From positions 190,030,001 through 190,094,000 of the forward strand of contig NC_135880.1 in the NCBI RefSeq assembly GCF_964194155.1: a stretch of DNA of 64,000 nt. Direction: 5' to 3'. A program made the translations under genes and the position numbers. This stretch comes from Cetorhinus maximus. Its lineage: Eukaryota. Positions 1 through 13,440 of this stretch are shown piece after piece (position 1 is the stretch's first letter; each line of letters opens with the position of its first letter). The notes below the pieces were generated by a model. It had not been told where the DNA came from, searched no databases, and saw only the letters and a program-made list of their open reading frames with translations.

Positions 1-149
1 GAAGCATGTGCACCTGGCTCAGGGACATTTAAAGGTGGGGTGCACCCATAAGCTTTGTGCAGTCGTGACTAAGGTAAACAGGTCTCCATGTTGAACTCTG
101 TGGCACAAGGCCATGGGTGCTTAAAGTTTGGTGTTCGGGTGCAGGGAGG

Positions 150-900
150 TGCAGTGGAAGGAAGAAAGGGTGAACAGACATCTCACTGGCTACCACATAT
201 AGGTGCATAGAGGTGACCAATGCCTATTTAGTCATGCCAATGATTTTATCCACTTCACCATCGATGAAGACAGCCAGGCTGCAAGATCAGCCTGTTCGGT
301 GTGATCGCTGGGTTTCCTTGAGTGTAAGGTGTCATCGACTGCACTTATGTGGCCATAAAACCTCTCTGGGAACAGCCAGCAGCACTTGTAAATTATAATT
401 AGTCCATGGGCAGAATTTTACGGCCCTGTTTTGGCGGGCCGTTATAAATCCCATTGACGACAGCGGGAATGTAAAATCCCAGTGTCGTAAAATTCTGCCC
501 CATGAATGTACAACTGGTGTGTGACCACAGCAGAAAAATAATGCAGGTCTGTGCGCCTTTCCTTGGGAGCTGTCAAAACGCATACGCCTTGTACAACACA
601 TGGCTCTCAGAGCTTTTTGAAGCTCCAGCCCGGGTTGATGAATGGATCCCCAGTTTCATGGCTATCCCCTGCGTACATGGCTGATGACGCCAATGAGGCA
701 TCCCCAGAGCGAGGCACAGCAGCACTACAATCAATTTCATGTCTCCACCAGAGCCATTATTGAACAAACCTTTGGGCTTCTTAAAATTTGCATCTGCTGC
801 TTTGACTGGTCTGGGTGGGCTCTGAAATATATACCGCAGAGGGTACCATGAGTTGTATTGGTCTGCTGTACACTACACAACCTGGTGCTGTAATGCAGAC
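150..900 (+). pseudogene. HARBI1-like Harbinger DDE transposase remnant
   Basis: Motifs [45 protein letters not shown] spread over shifting frames; interrupted by the MITE at 408-500. Confidence 0.85.
408..500. mobile_element. 93-bp Harbinger-type MITE inserted in the transposase
   Basis: Perfect 15-bp TIR GGGCAGAATTTTACG/CGTAAAATTCTGCCC; 3-bp TSD CAT (405-407, 501-503). Confidence 0.9.
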
Positions 901-1329
901 CAGGGAAGAGTGTGAGGAAGATCAGCACTCCTCAGGTGTGTAGGATTTGTCAGAGCATGAGGTGGACCCCATAAATTCAGTAGAGCCTTTCATGGATTCC
1001 AAGTCCATGGAGAGATGTGCAAGGAATGCCAGGGACAAACCTAATCTATACAAGATTTTCAGAACAATGACGTGTCTACGTGACCATCACTCCATCACCT
1101 GACCTCCATCGCCTTGCTGGGATGCAGACCAGCCCTGCCATCCTCCCTTGCTGAGTAAACTATAAACTTGCTTCCTCTACCACTTAGAATATTGTGCGTC
1201 CTTTATTAATGCAACACCAAATGGAAAAATCACCTATTCCACTTTAGTGCTCATACATTTATTTTCTTCCATCATGACTAAGCGCAGCCCTAACATCAAC
1301 AGTTGAGTTAGAGACAATCTACTCAGTCT

Positions 1330-2777
1330 CATGCCCTATTGTCTTGGATGACCATGACTCTGGAGCCATGGGGCCTTAAGGGCTCCAGCCTACTGGGGGT
1401 CTCCCGCACTGATACAAGGGCGTCTGCCTTGGCCTCGCCTTCTGGGGCTATTGGTGGAAGAGATGAGGAGACGTTAACACTGGAGGTGCCCTGAGGTGAT
1501 GGCCCTAGGGTAGCTGGCATGCACTCCTCCTGTGCCTGTGTGCACGATGGCACCTCCTGTCCCTCTGAGGGGAAGGGGCTCCTGGAGGGAGGTCCAGGTG
1601 CCTCATCCCCATCTCACCTAACCATGGCTAGAATGATGGAATGCAGATCAGAACACATATGGATCGAAGGCTCAGCCTGGCTCTCTATGGTAGTCACCAT
1701 CTTCTCCATGGATGAAGTCATGGGCTCAAATGTCTGGAACATGGTCGAACTCATGGCTTACATGGACTCCTCCACACCCCACCTAAAGCTGTGCACAATC
1801 CGCCATATTTTCCCTTAGCCTTTGCAGGCTTCTTGAGGTCATGACTAGAGGCCCATCATCAGCCTGGGGTTCAGCTGGGGCCTGATCACCAGTGGTCCGC
1901 TGATCACCTGGGGACCTGGCTGTCACATCCTCTCTCAGCTCCTGGGATGTGTCTGTGGTGTGTGCATCAGATTGTGCTCCCAAATCTACACGTGAACCTT
2001 TTCCGGACTGGTTATAACTGTGCCGGCAGAGGTTGATGATGAGGCAGTTGACTATGGGGCACTGGTTGCTTCGTCCCCAGGGGTGAAGTCTTTGGGCTCC
2101 TGTCTTGGCTGAGGCCTGGCCTTTGGATGGTGATGACCTGTAGTGGAGAATAAAAAGAATCAGATTAAGAACCATTACAGTTTGAGCCTTCAAATTTCAT
2201 CACAGCCATCCCGTGTTTCCATTGCCACCAACAGGATGACTGCCTCTTTCCCTTTGCTCCTGGTTGGTCCAGCCTCACCATCTGACACTGATTGTGCTCC
2301 CTCCTCACCAATGATCTCCAACACCTCATCCTCAGTGGCTGTGACTTCATCCTCAGGTCTGGAACCTCTCCTCCTGTCTGTCTCCTCTCCCTGCTGTTGT
2401 GGGTGAGCTTATCCTGCACAACAAGGAGCAGAATTAGTGACATGTCAAGTGACACCTAATCCCTTTGTCTGCATGCATCCCCAGCATAACATACTACCCT
2501 GTCATTTACATGTTGCATCCCCCATGAGAAACTCCTGTTGAAGATGTGACACTGGCACTTTCCCTTACAAATCGGAGAAGGCCATTGAACAATTTTCTGC
2601 ACTGGACCCAGGTTCAGTTGCTCATCTCCTCTGCCTCCTCTGTCCAAGCCACCTTAGACAGGAGGGAGGACCTTCTTATGCCATCTTCACCTCCCGCCTT
2701 TCCCTGACAGCCCGGAGGAGAACATGCAGGGAGGCATCTCTGGGCCGTGGGGTTGGGTTGCTGTGACAGGCAGACAT
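1330..2777 (-). pseudogene. Harbinger Myb/SANT-like DNA-binding protein gene remnant (intron-containing)
   Basis: ATG at 2777; DASLHVLLRAVRERRE...AW...TWVQCRKLFNGL; after an acceptor near 2415, DKLTHNSRERRQTGG. Confidence 0.7.
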
Positions 2778-3304
2778 TTCTGCAAAGATTATGCTATTCT
2801 CAACCAGTGGTGAATTGTCCTGGCAGTGATGCACAGTGATGCTCTTTAATAGGCTGCCCGTAGATGCTGCATTGTCAGCTGACAGTAGGTTTTACCAATG
2901 AGAATCTACTCCACTGCTAAATTGCACATGTTTTGCATGCATGCCTCTGGCACTTAGAATTTGAATTATAATCGCTTGGGAAAAGGCAAAAAAAGAGAAA
3001 GCAGAAATAGCACTCAGTTCCTATTACAAAGTCGGAAATGACACGCTGTTGATAAAATCCTGGTCTCTTTGTTTCCAGCATGGATTCCTGCCTGCTAGAA
3101 GCACTTGTCAAAAATTCACAGGCACACAACTTTATAGCCAAGGTTTCAGCCTACTTTCTCAAAACTTAGCCCTTTTTAAAATCAGTTTAGTTCACAATTA
3201 AAACTGGTGACTTGTGGCATTTCCTCTCCTTCTGAGTTCTAACTAAATCCTCCATTCTCCTTCTTCCTCTATCCTCACTATATTAAAATCAAATCAGCAG
3301 AAGT

Positions 3305-3640
3305 CTTTTTTATTCTTTCATGGGATGTGGGTGTCACTGGCAAGGTCAGCATTTGTTGCCTATCCCTAATTGTCATTAAACTGATTAGCTTGTCACACTA
3401 TTTCAGAGGACAGCTAAGAGTCAACCATACTGCTGTGGATCTGGAGTCACTTGTAATCCAGACCAAGTAGGAATGACAATCAACAATGATTTCATGGTCA
3501 TCATGACTGAGACAACCTTTTCAATTCCAGATTATTAAAGTTCCACCAGCTGCCATGTTGAACCCTTGCCCCCAGAACACTAGCCTGGGCCTCTGGATTA
3601 CTAGTCCAGTGACATTACCATGACACCACCATCTCCCCCA
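3305..3640 (-). mobile_element. tRNA-derived SINE
   Basis: Reverse complement has a tRNA-like head (atggtggtgtcatggtaatgtcactggactagtaatccagag...gggttcaa) and tail cccacatcccatgaaagaataaaaa. Related copies at 5253, 50155, 62210, 63785. Confidence 0.75.
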
Positions 3641-4724
3641 AATGAGCATTTAGAGTGGAGAAAGGGCAGTGGATAGCTGTAGATGGCCACGGGCAGATGG
3701 GCATAGTGAGGAGCTCCCTAGGGTGCTGTCTGCATAGGAGCCACCTTGGATTAGGGCTGCTCCGCATGTGGCAGAGTCTGCAGGTCATGCATTGGACTTA
3801 TCAGCCATTTCAGAACCCATAGAATCAGAGTGGAAGCAAGTCATCCTCGTTCCTGAGGAACTGCCTAAGGAGAAGAAGAAAATCAAATTCAAGGCACCAT
3901 CTTCTACACTCACTCTCTTTTTCAGCACCACAGGCGTAAAGCTCCACAATCCTCATTTCCTCTGACAGACTTTTAAAACTGAAACTTGGTGCCACCTCAT
4001 CACCTCATCTTGATTTAGCTCCTCTTCTCTCATGTGCTTTTCAACCTTGATGGGACCTTCACAGTGTAAATAAATTGAATAAACAAAGAGTGTTTCCCCA
4101 TCACTGATGAACTATAATCTCGTGCTAAGTTGATGTGTGAATTTTTGCAGAGTAAATAAGATCCAGAATTACTTGTTGTTGTGGAATTTACATATTCTTA
4201 ATTAGCCGGCTGCATGCATTGATGATGATGATGTGTCTGTTCAGCAGGACAGAGATCCTCCTGTTGCTTAATGGAATATATTGTAGCTTTAATGTTGAGG
4301 CAGAATTGCTTAAATTATTGACAAATACTTAATACCCTGGTAATTATTTTTCAGGAAGTGTCTGTAGGAGTAAAAAGATGAATATTTAATGGAATCAGTT
4401 TACACAGATGTGAAAATGTAGCTGTCATTACACTTCATCAGGCAATGCACTGCAGGGAGTCTTGGAGAGGTGATGTGCTCGGACATACTCTTGGTGTATG
4501 CTTCATTTTTGAGAAAAATATATATTAACCCATTTAACCCAGCAATTCTATCATTCTTCAGATAGTGTAACAGACATACAGGATCACATTTTATTTTCTT
4601 ACTGCAAAACCTGAATCTGGCAGCAAGGTGTCATGTAGCATTGGCACTTTGAGTTGCCATTGCACTGACTGGTAAGATGTGAGACAATGTCAATGATTCT
4701 CAGCTAGTTGAACTTATGGGGCAT

Positions 4725-5125
4725 CAGGAGGAGGTACCGAGAAAGGAGCACTTAGACAGAAATGGAGAACAGGAAGGAAAGAGAGAGAAATCATTTAAAA
4801 GGTGGCGAGATAGGGTTAAAGTGGAAAAGGAGAAAAAGACGAAAGAGAAAGAAAATCTAAGAGGCAGAAAAAGAATAAAAAAGGGAGACGTATGAAAGAC
4901 AGAGAGAATGTAAGAGAAAAGGAACAAAAGAGAATGTGACCCAGAAAATGAGAATAACAGAAATAACAACTAGAGAATGTAGGCAGGATATGAGGGAGAA
5001 TTTGAGAGAATGTGATTGTGGCAGAGAGTAGAATGTGACTGAAAACGAGAGCAGATAAAAGTGCAAATAAATGGAAAAAAAGAACCGGCAGACCCAGAGG
5101 CCAAAAGGGAGAAGGGGAAAATAAG
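4725..5125. repeat. Purine-rich (GA) low-complexity tract
   Basis: Strong A/G skew with short gagagaatgtga repeats. Confidence 0.7.
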
Positions 5126-5174
5126 TGTCATCAGAAATATAGCATTGTAGAGCTAGAGAAAGATATAAAATATC

Positions 5175-6050
5175 AGCAACAACAATTTGTATTTATGTAG
5201 TAAACCATCCCAAGATGTTTCACAGGAAGATTATCAAATCGTATTTGATACTGAGGTGGTGATGTAGTGGTATTGTCACTGGGCTAGTAATCCAGAGACC
5301 CAGGGTAATGCTCTAGGGACCTGGGTTTGAATCCCACCACGTAGATGGTGGAAATTTGAGTTTGATAAAGTCTAATGATGTCCATGAAACCATTGTTGTA
5401 AAAACCCATCTGGTTCACTAATGTCCTTTAGGGAAGGAAGTTTGCTGTCCTTACCTGCTCTGGCCCTCATGAGACTCCAGATCCACAGCAATGTGGTTGA
5501 CTCTCAAATGCCCTGTGAAATGGCCTAGCAAGCCACTCAGTTCTCAAGGGTAATTAGGGATGGGCAATAAATGCTGGCCCAGCCAGAAATGCCCCACCTA
5601 ATCACCAGAAAAAACCATATGGAAATCTTAGGGCAGATGATGCAAAAGCTCAGTCAAAGAATTAGGTCTTAAGGAGCATCTTAAAGAAAGAGAGTGATGT
5701 AGCGAGAGAAGGAGATTTAGCATGGGAATTGGTAGCTGAATGTTTGGCTGCCAGTGGTGTAGCAATTAAAACCTGTGGTATACAAATGGCCAGATTAAGA
5801 GAACTGCAGATATCTCAGAGCATTGGAAACCTGGAGCAGATTATAGAAATGGAGAGCGGTTAGATCATGGAGGAATTTAAAAATAAGGATGAGAATTTTA
5901 AAATCAAGGTGTCGCTTAACCAGCAGTCTATGTAAATCAGTCAGCACAGGGGTGATGGGTGAATGGGACCTGGTGTGAGTTTGGACAGAGGCAGCAAGGT
6001 TTTGGATAACCTCAAGTTTTACAGAGGGTAGAATGTATGAGGCAGGCCAA
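5175..6050 (-). mobile_element. L2-like LINE 3' fragment with a nested SINE (about 5253-5600, + strand)
   Basis: caacaacaatttgtatttatgtag is the reverse complement of an L2-type tail; homologous to 21980-22560. The nested SINE has gtggtattgtcactgggctagtaatccagag...ggtttgaatcccacc. Confidence 0.65.
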
Positions 6051-6125
6051 AAGCAAAATTAAACAAATGCTAGTTTCAAAAATGCAGTGAATAAAACTAT
6101 CCTTACATTCAGTAACAAAATGAAA

Positions 6126-6335
6126 TGGTGGGCGGTAGAGACGGGGTCATTGAATATTTTTAAGGCAGAAGTGGATAGATTCTTGTTAGGCAAGGGAATC
6201 AAAGGTTATCAGGGTTAGATGGGAATGTGGAAATTGAAACACAAGAAGATCAGCCATGATCTTATTGAATTGTGGAGCAGGCTCGAGGGGCTGAATGTTC
6301 TACTTTTGTTCCTATTTCTTATGTTCTTAAGTTCT
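6126..6335 (+). mobile_element. CR1 LINE 3' end
   Basis: gatcagccatgatcttattgaat...ctcgaggggctgaatg followed by an (ATGTTCTT)-type tail. Confidence 0.8.
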
Positions 6336-6913
6336 TAGGATATGACCCCAACAACGCAGACAGTAGGAAACCTCCTCACTCGACATCAATCACCTCAATC
6401 AAAATGTTCCACTCCACGAACAATTTATTTCTTGTTGCTTCTCACACTTTCTTTTGCTGTTTTGAGCTTATCAAGATGAAGGATTTAATGCAACGCATGG
6501 AACACGTTTTCACTGAATGTTAGCATCATGGATTGCTGAGTGGGGCTCAAATATTTTGCAAATAGCCGCAGGGTAAATTACATTGCAGCTGTGCCCAGCA
6601 CTGAAAACACAGTTACCAGGTTGGAAACAACAACCGAGTTTGTCCTTCTTCAAACATTCGGGGTCTCTTACCACTATATCCAATTTCTCAGTATCTATCC
6701 ATCAATCTCCAATCTTACACCGCATGTATAACCCTCTATATCCAAAATCTCAGTGTATCTAGCCCTCTACCTCCAAACCTTCGGTCCATCTCTCCATTTC
6801 CCATCTCCTCTCACCGTACCTATACACCATCAAAATCCCTCAGTGTATCTATCACTGAATTTAAATCTCCCAGTGTGTCTCTCCCTCTACCTCCAATCCT
6901 TCAGTATGCCTAT

Positions 6914-7601
6914 GAGAAGAATTCTCCCCCCATTAGGGGGGGGAAATTCAGGAGCGGGAGCGTGCAGGCACGCCTCCGATCGGTGTCCCCAATCGGGGGC
7001 CCGCCGCCATTTTAAGTGGGCGAGCCAATTAAGGCCTGCCCAACATGACGTCCGCCAGGAAGCGCTATGCGCCCCCTGCGCGGGCAGGGGGGGATTCTCT
7101 AAGCCGAGAGTGCGTTCTTTAGTGCATGCGCAGGAAAGAGTGCACTAATCTCCCTGAGGATAAGTTCTGCCTCAGGGAGATCAGCGCCAAATTCAAAAAT
7201 GTAAAATATAGACATATAAAATTTCCCTGACATGTCCATCACTTTTAATTCAACTTTTATTAAATTTTTAAAAACCTACATGAAACCTCACCCCGCCCGT
7301 GGATGAAGTTTTATGCTTTTTCTAATGCCCGCCAGTGCTCCCAGCCTGCCCGCCAACCTTAAGGTTGGACGGGCAGGTCCTTTAACTACTTCTATTAGTT
7401 TTCCAATGGCCTCAATAGGCCATTGACAGGTCGGCGGGTGCACAGCTGATTTGGCTGCACCCCCGCTGACCTGAAAATGGAAATGGGGCGGGATGACATC
7501 GGGAGTTCCGCCCAACATCATCCCGCATCATTTTATGCGTCGGTGAGTGGGCCCCGCCCCCCAAAACCACAACCCCACTCGCCGAAGTCAATATCCTGCC
7601 C
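6914..7601. mobile_element. Non-autonomous Harbinger-type element, family A
   Basis: TSD TAT; degenerate TIR ending ATATCCTGCCC. Internally homologous to 56543-57174 and, inverted, to 59227-59728. Confidence 0.85.
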
Positions 7602-7610
7602 TATACCTTT

Positions 7611-8274
7611 GGGCTGGATTTTTAGCCCCATTGGAGCTGGAAGTGGAGGCAGGCAGCGTTAAAAATAGCATCAATGGCTGATTTCTCAGCTCCATTATAT
7701 CCCTGGGCCATTTTCCCAGAGGTGAGATTAGGGTGTAAGGCAGTGGTTGCGTGTAGCTGATTCATTTTATTAACATGGCCAATTATAGGAGGCTGGCTGG
7801 GACTTTCAAGAGGGGGGTCCTGGGCCAGGGAGGGGGACAGTTTAGCTGCCTGGAGGTGGCCTGCTGGTGGATGACCAGGGACCAACATAGCAGACAGGTT
7901 TAGAGGCCCTCTCTCTGTCAGCTGGGGTGCATCAGCAGACGCAGGCTGTCATGTAGAGTGGCTCCTTCCCCACAGAGCTGACCCAGCTGCAAAGGCCGTC
8001 TTTATTTAAATTTTGAAAATATTAAAGAATGGGTCCTCCATCTTGGGGTGCTGGCCCCCTCACTTGCCTGCCATGGCTGCTGTTTTCAAGCAGGAAGACC
8101 TCTGATTGGCCCACCAGCTTCGAGAGCCTGCCCGCCGTCCTTAATTGGACATCAAGCCTGACCTCTAGCCATTAATTGGTCGCTGGGGGAAAATCACACT
8201 GAGTGACTTTTTCCCACACATGACCCATTTGAAGCCCTCGGCAGGGTTCAGAGGCCCTCCAGGAAATCCTGCAC
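7611..8274. mobile_element. Non-autonomous Harbinger-type element
   Basis: Ends GGGCTGGATTT...AAATCCTGCAC; TSD TTT. Confidence 0.7.
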
Positions 8275-8811
8275 TTTATTTCTATCCCTCAGTCATATTG
8301 TACAAATAACCAGGGAGCTCAGCTAGTAGGACTTCAGGCTTTTCAGGTGAGGGTCCAATGTTCAACTCTTTGTCTGAGTCTTCACTTAAATCAAGATTAT
8401 CATGTGATTGGGGAGACGTGCATTTAAATGGAGTAGAGGTGCAAATCAGCCAAGAGATAATTGAATGGCAGAGCAGGCATGAGGAGCTGAATGGCCTCCC
8501 TTTTCTCTTGACTATCCTTCTATGAGCAATCCATCAGCAGGGTAGTTTTTCCCTGCATCCAGTAAAAAATAATAATGAAGTTAATTAGGGACCTGATGGT
8601 CCCAGAGCAGTGAAATGAATAGGTAAGGGAATTGCAAATGTGTTAGTCATGATTTGGCAAAGTTCTCCATATTCAGGAAATGTGCCTTTGAGTTGCAAGA
8701 TTACAAACACTATTCCATTATCTAAAAGGAAAGGTAAAGAAGAAACAGTCAACAACAGAGCCATCATTTTAATACTAGTTGTGGGGAAGTTACTGGAATC
8801 AGAGACACAGT

Positions 8812-9602
8812 AGGCTGAATTTTATGTGCCCCCAGCAGGCATAGCATGGTTCCTGTGGGGGTGGGGCGGAGGCACGTAAAGTGCGGTGAGCACCCATCCC
8901 ATCACCTTCGCACCCAACTTCTCCTTAATACAGGGGGCAGGGGAGGGGGTGTGTGCCGAAATCAGCAGCCCACCCACTATATTTAAATGAACAATTAAGG
9001 GTCAATTAATCCTATTATCGAGCCAATTGACCCTGATAATACGCTGCCCACACCGTAAAACATTTGGTGTGGGCAGCAGTGTGGGAGTGGGAGGCCCATT
9101 TTTAAAAAAACTTTAATGTTTAAAGGGTGGGAAGAAAGGGTGGGAATCACTCTTCGGGGGCTTCCCTTAGCTGAGCACGGGGTGGGCCCCCCCTTAGGTT
9201 GAATCACCCTTTCCTTCCTACCTGGTCCCTTCCTTAAAACCACCCCCTCCCACCCCCTGCCCCTCTACCTAACCTACCCAGACCCTCCCGACCCAAGGCT
9301 CCAGACTTACTTGCTGGGGGATCGATGGGCCTTGATCTTCTTTTCCTTCTGCAGTCCCGGCAGTGGCCACTGATGCTTTCCTGGCCCTGCTGGACTGATG
9401 GAGCTGACAGCTAATCTGATTGGCCAGCAGCTCCAGTGGGTGAGACATTCGCCCCAGGGGTGGAAGTCCCACTCGACCCACATTAGCCCTCCCACAGCGG
9501 TTTATGGCTGGAACATGTCAACTCCATGCCAACATGGGAGGGCATCATCTACCAACATCTGCCCCCCCCCCCCCACACTTCCCCCACCGTATTGTTCTGC
9601 CC
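8812..9602. mobile_element. Non-autonomous Harbinger-type element inserted in a CR1 RT fragment
   Basis: Ends AGGCTGAATTT...TTCTGCCC; TSD AGT; CR1 ORF2 remnant on both sides (about 8590-8811 and 9603-9670). Confidence 0.75.
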
Positions 9603-9669
9603 AGTGAATGAGCACATAATGATGAGCTGATCCTTAGAGAATCAGCATGAATTTGGTAAGGGTAGATCA

Positions 9670-11150
9670 GTGAGTGGTTACAGCACAGAAGGAGCAACTC
9701 TGCTAGTCACACTCCCTGCCTCTCCCTCTAGCCCTGTAAATATTTTCTCTTCTGGTGCTTATCTAATTCCAGTTTGAAAGCCTAGTTGTATCTGCCTCCA
9801 CCACACGTTCAGGTAACGCATCCTAGATCCTAACCACTCATTGTGATGAAATGCTTTTCCTCATGTTGCCATTGGTTCTTTTGCCAATCACCTTAAACCA
9901 GATTCTCCAATCTAGCCACGTACCTGGGAGTCCCTCATCCCTGGACACCATACTCCAGTTGAGGCCGAACCAGAGTTTTATACAGGTTCATCATAACTTC
10001 TTTGCTATTATATTTTGTCTCTATTTATAAAACACAGGATCCCATAGACCCTTTTGACCACTTTCTCAACCTGCCCTGCCAACTTCAATGATTTGTGTAC
10101 ATAAACCCACAGGTCTCTCTGCTCTTGCACCCCCTTTTTGAATTGTACCCTTTATTTTATAATGTCTTTTTTGTTTTTCCTACCAAACTGTTCACTTTAC
10201 ACTTCTCTGCATTAAATTGCATCTGCCACGAGTCTGCCCATTCCACCAGCCTGTCTATGTCCTTTGGAAGTCTATCGTTATCCTCCTTGCAGTTCATAGT
10301 ACTTCTAAGTTTTCAGTCATCTCCTGCAAAATCCAAATCTAGGGGCGGGATTTTCCGCACCCTCCCATCGCCGTGATCTTCTGGTCCCGCTGCAAGTCAA
10401 TGGACATCTGGCTGGGGCACCGCTTCACCCACGGCGGGTCCCACCCGCAACGAGGCCGGAAAATCCCGGCCTAGGTCATTAATATATGTCAGGAGAAACA
10501 GTGGTTCTAATACCGTTTCCTGGAGACCATCACAGTACACTTTCCATCAGTTTGAAAAACAATCCTTCACTATTACCCTCTGTTTCCTGTCAATTAGCCA
10601 ATTTCATAGCCGTTCTAATGCTTTCCTTTTTATTCTATGGGTTTCAACTTTGCAAGTCTATTTTGTGCACCTTAATAAATGTCTTTTGGAAATCCATATA
10701 CATCTCATCAAAGGCAGTATCCACATTAGCCATCTCTGTTATCTTGTCATAAAACTCAATCAAGTTAGTTAAATATAATTTGCCTTTAAGAAGCTCATGT
10801 TGACTTGCCCTAATTAATTTACATTTGTTCAAGTTACAGTTGATTTTGATCCAGATTATTGTCTTGAAAAGCTTTCCCACCACCAATGGTAAAGTGGCTG
10901 ACCTGTAGTTGCTGAGTTTGTCCTTACAACATTTTTAGAACAAGGGTGTACATTTGTAATTTTCTACCACTCCCTGTATCTAAAAAGCAGGAAGATTACG
11001 GCCAGTTCCTCTACATTTTCCACCGTCACATCTTGCAGTATCCTCGGATGCATCTCGCCTGGTCCTAGTCTATCAATTTTAAGTACAGCCAGCCTTTCTA
11101 ATACCTCTTTTTAATCAATTTTTAGGGCATCAAGTATTTCAATTATCCTT
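9670..11150 (-). mobile_element. Degenerate CR1 LINE ORF2/3' fragments (continue at 13385-13440)
   Basis: Minus-strand ORF with SQH...KGK...LTNLIEFY...YMDFQK (CR1 RT). Interrupted by the MITE at 10343-10471 and by the Penelope element. Confidence 0.75.
10343..10471. mobile_element. 129-bp Harbinger-type MITE
   Basis: TIR GGGCGGGATTTTCCG/CGGAAAATCCCGGCC; TSD TAG. Confidence 0.85.
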
Positions 11151-13370
11151 AGATAAAAGCAAAAAACTGTGGATGCTGGAAATCCAAAACAAAAACAAAA
11201 ATAAAAATACCTGGAAAAACTAAGCAGGTCTGACAGCATCTGCGGAGAGGAATACAGTTAACGTTTCAAGTCCGTATGAATCTTCAACAGAACTAAGGAA
11301 AAAAGAGAGGTGAAATATAAGCTGGTTTAAGGGGGGGAGCGGTGTGGGTGGTTGGGACAGGTAGAGCTGGATAGAGGGCCAGTGATAGGTGGAGATTGCC
11401 AAAATATGTCATAGACAAAAGGACAAAGAGGTGTTGACGGTGGTGATATTAGCTAAGAAATGTGCTAATAAAAAATAATTATAGGTAGAAAGTAGGACGA
11501 GCAAGGTACAGATAGCCCTAGTGGGGGTGGGGTGGGGGGAAGGGATCGAAATAGGCTAAAAGGTAGAGATAAAACAATGGATGGAAATACATTTAAAAAT
11601 AATGGAAATAGGTGGGAAAAGAAAAATCTATATAAATTATTGGAAAAAGGGGGATCGGAAAGGGGGTGGGGATGGAGGAGAGAGTTCATGATCTAAAGTT
11701 GTTGAACTCAATATTCAGTCCGGAAGGCTGTAAAGTGCCTAGTCGGAAGATGAGGTGCTGTTCCTCCAGTTTGCGTTGAGCTTCACTGGAACATTGCAGC
11801 AGGCCAAGGACAGACATGTGGACATGAGAGCAGGGTGGAGTGTTGAAATGGCAAGCGACAGGGAGGTCTGGGTCATGCTTGCGGACAGACCGAAGGTGTT
11901 CCGTAAAGCGGTCGCCCAGTCTGCGTTTGGTCTCTCCAATGTAGAGGAAACCGCATTGGGAGCAGTGTATGCAGTAGACTAAATTGAGGGAAGTGCAAGT
12001 GAAATGCTGCTTCACTTGAAAGGAGTGTTTGGGCCCTTGGATGGTGAGGAGGGGGGAAGTAAAGGGGCAGGTGTTGCACCTTCTGAGGTTGCATGGGAAG
12101 GTGCCGTGGGAGGGGGTTGAGGTGCAGGGGGTGATGGAGGAGTGGACCAGGGTTTCCCGGAGGGAACGATCCCTGCGGAATGCCGCCGGGGGGGTGAAGG
12201 GAAGATGTGTTTGGTGGTGGCATCATGCTGGAGTTGGTGGAAATGGCAGAGGATGATCCTTTGAATGCGGAGGCTGGTGGGGTGATAAGTGAGGACAAGG
12301 GGAACCCTATCATGGTTCTGGGAGGGAGAGGAAGGTGTGAGGGTGGTTGCGCGGGAGATGGGCCGGACACAGTTGAGGGCCCTGTCAAACACCGTGGGTG
12401 GAAAACCTTGGTTAAGGAAGAAGGAAGACATGTCAGAGGAACTGGTTTCGAAAGTGGCATCATCAGAACAGATGTGATGGAGGCGAAGGAACTGAGAGAA
12501 TGGGATGGAGTCCTTACAGGAGGCGGGGTGTGAGGAGCTATAGTCAAGGTAGCTGTGGGAGTCGGTAGGCTTGTAATGACTATCGCCAGAAATTGAGACA
12601 GAGAGGTCAAAGAAGGGAAGGGAAGTGTCAGAGATGAACCATGTGAAAATGATGGAGGGGTGGAAATTGGAAGCAAAATTAATACATTTTTCCAGGTCCA
12701 AACCTCCCTGTTGCTTGCCATTTCAACACTCCACCATGTTCTCATTCCCACATGTCCGTCCTTGGCCTGCTGCAATGTTCCAGTGAAGCTCAACGCAAAC
12801 TGGAGGAACAGCACCTCATCTTCCGACTAGGCACTTTACAGCCTTCCGGACTGAATATTGAGTTCAACAACTTTAGGTCATGAACTTTCTCCTCCATCCC
12901 CACCCCCTTTCCGATCCCCCTTTTTTCCCATAATTTATATGGATTTTTCTTTTCCCACCTATTTCCATTATTTTTAAATGTATTTCCATCCATTGTTTTA
13001 TCTCTACCTTTTAGCCTATTTAGATCCCTTCCACCCCACCCCACCCCCACTAGGGCTATCTGTACCTTGCTCATCCTGCTTTCTACCCTTAATGTCACCT
13101 ATTAGCACATTTCTTAGCTAATATCACCACCGTCAACACCTCTTTGTCCTTTTGTCTATGACATATTTTGGCAATCTCCTCCTATCACTGGCCCTCTATC
13201 CAGCTCTACCTGTCCCACCCTCCCCTTAAACCAGCGTATATTTCACCTCTCTTCTATTTTTCCTTAATTCTGTTGAAGAGTCATACAGACTTGAAACGTT
13301 AACTGTATTCCTCTCCCAGCTGCTGTCAGACCTGCTGAGATTTTCCAGGTATTTTTATTTTTGTTTTTGT
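11151..13370. mobile_element. Penelope-like element (PLE) with inverted arms
   Basis: Minus arm 11151-12700 holds the RT C-terminus, GIY-YIG domain and 3' region. Plus arm 12701-13370 is an inverted copy of the 3' portion. Perfect 14-bp TSD TTTCAATTATCCTT (11137-11150, 13371-13384). Confidence 0.9.
11686..12701 (-). pseudogene. PLE ORF C-terminus: RT thumb plus GIY-YIG endonuclease (5'-truncated, frameshifted)
   Basis: LPFFDL...YKPTDSHSYLDYSSSHP...SIPFSQFLRL; NLVYCIHCSQCGFLYIGETKRRLGDRFTEH...FRLGTLQPSGLN. Confidence 0.9.
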
Positions 13371-13440
13371 TTTCAATTATCCTTGTTCACTGTCATTTTG
13401 GCAGAATCTTGTTCCTTAGTAAACATAGTACAAAGAACTC

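Larger units (their letters stand above)
1..3151. mobile_element. Degenerate Harbinger (PIF/Harbinger) DNA transposon, left end outside window
   Basis: Convergent two-gene layout: transposase remnant on +, Myb/SANT-like gene on -. Possible right TIR remnant near 3141-3151; boundary approximate. Confidence 0.8.
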
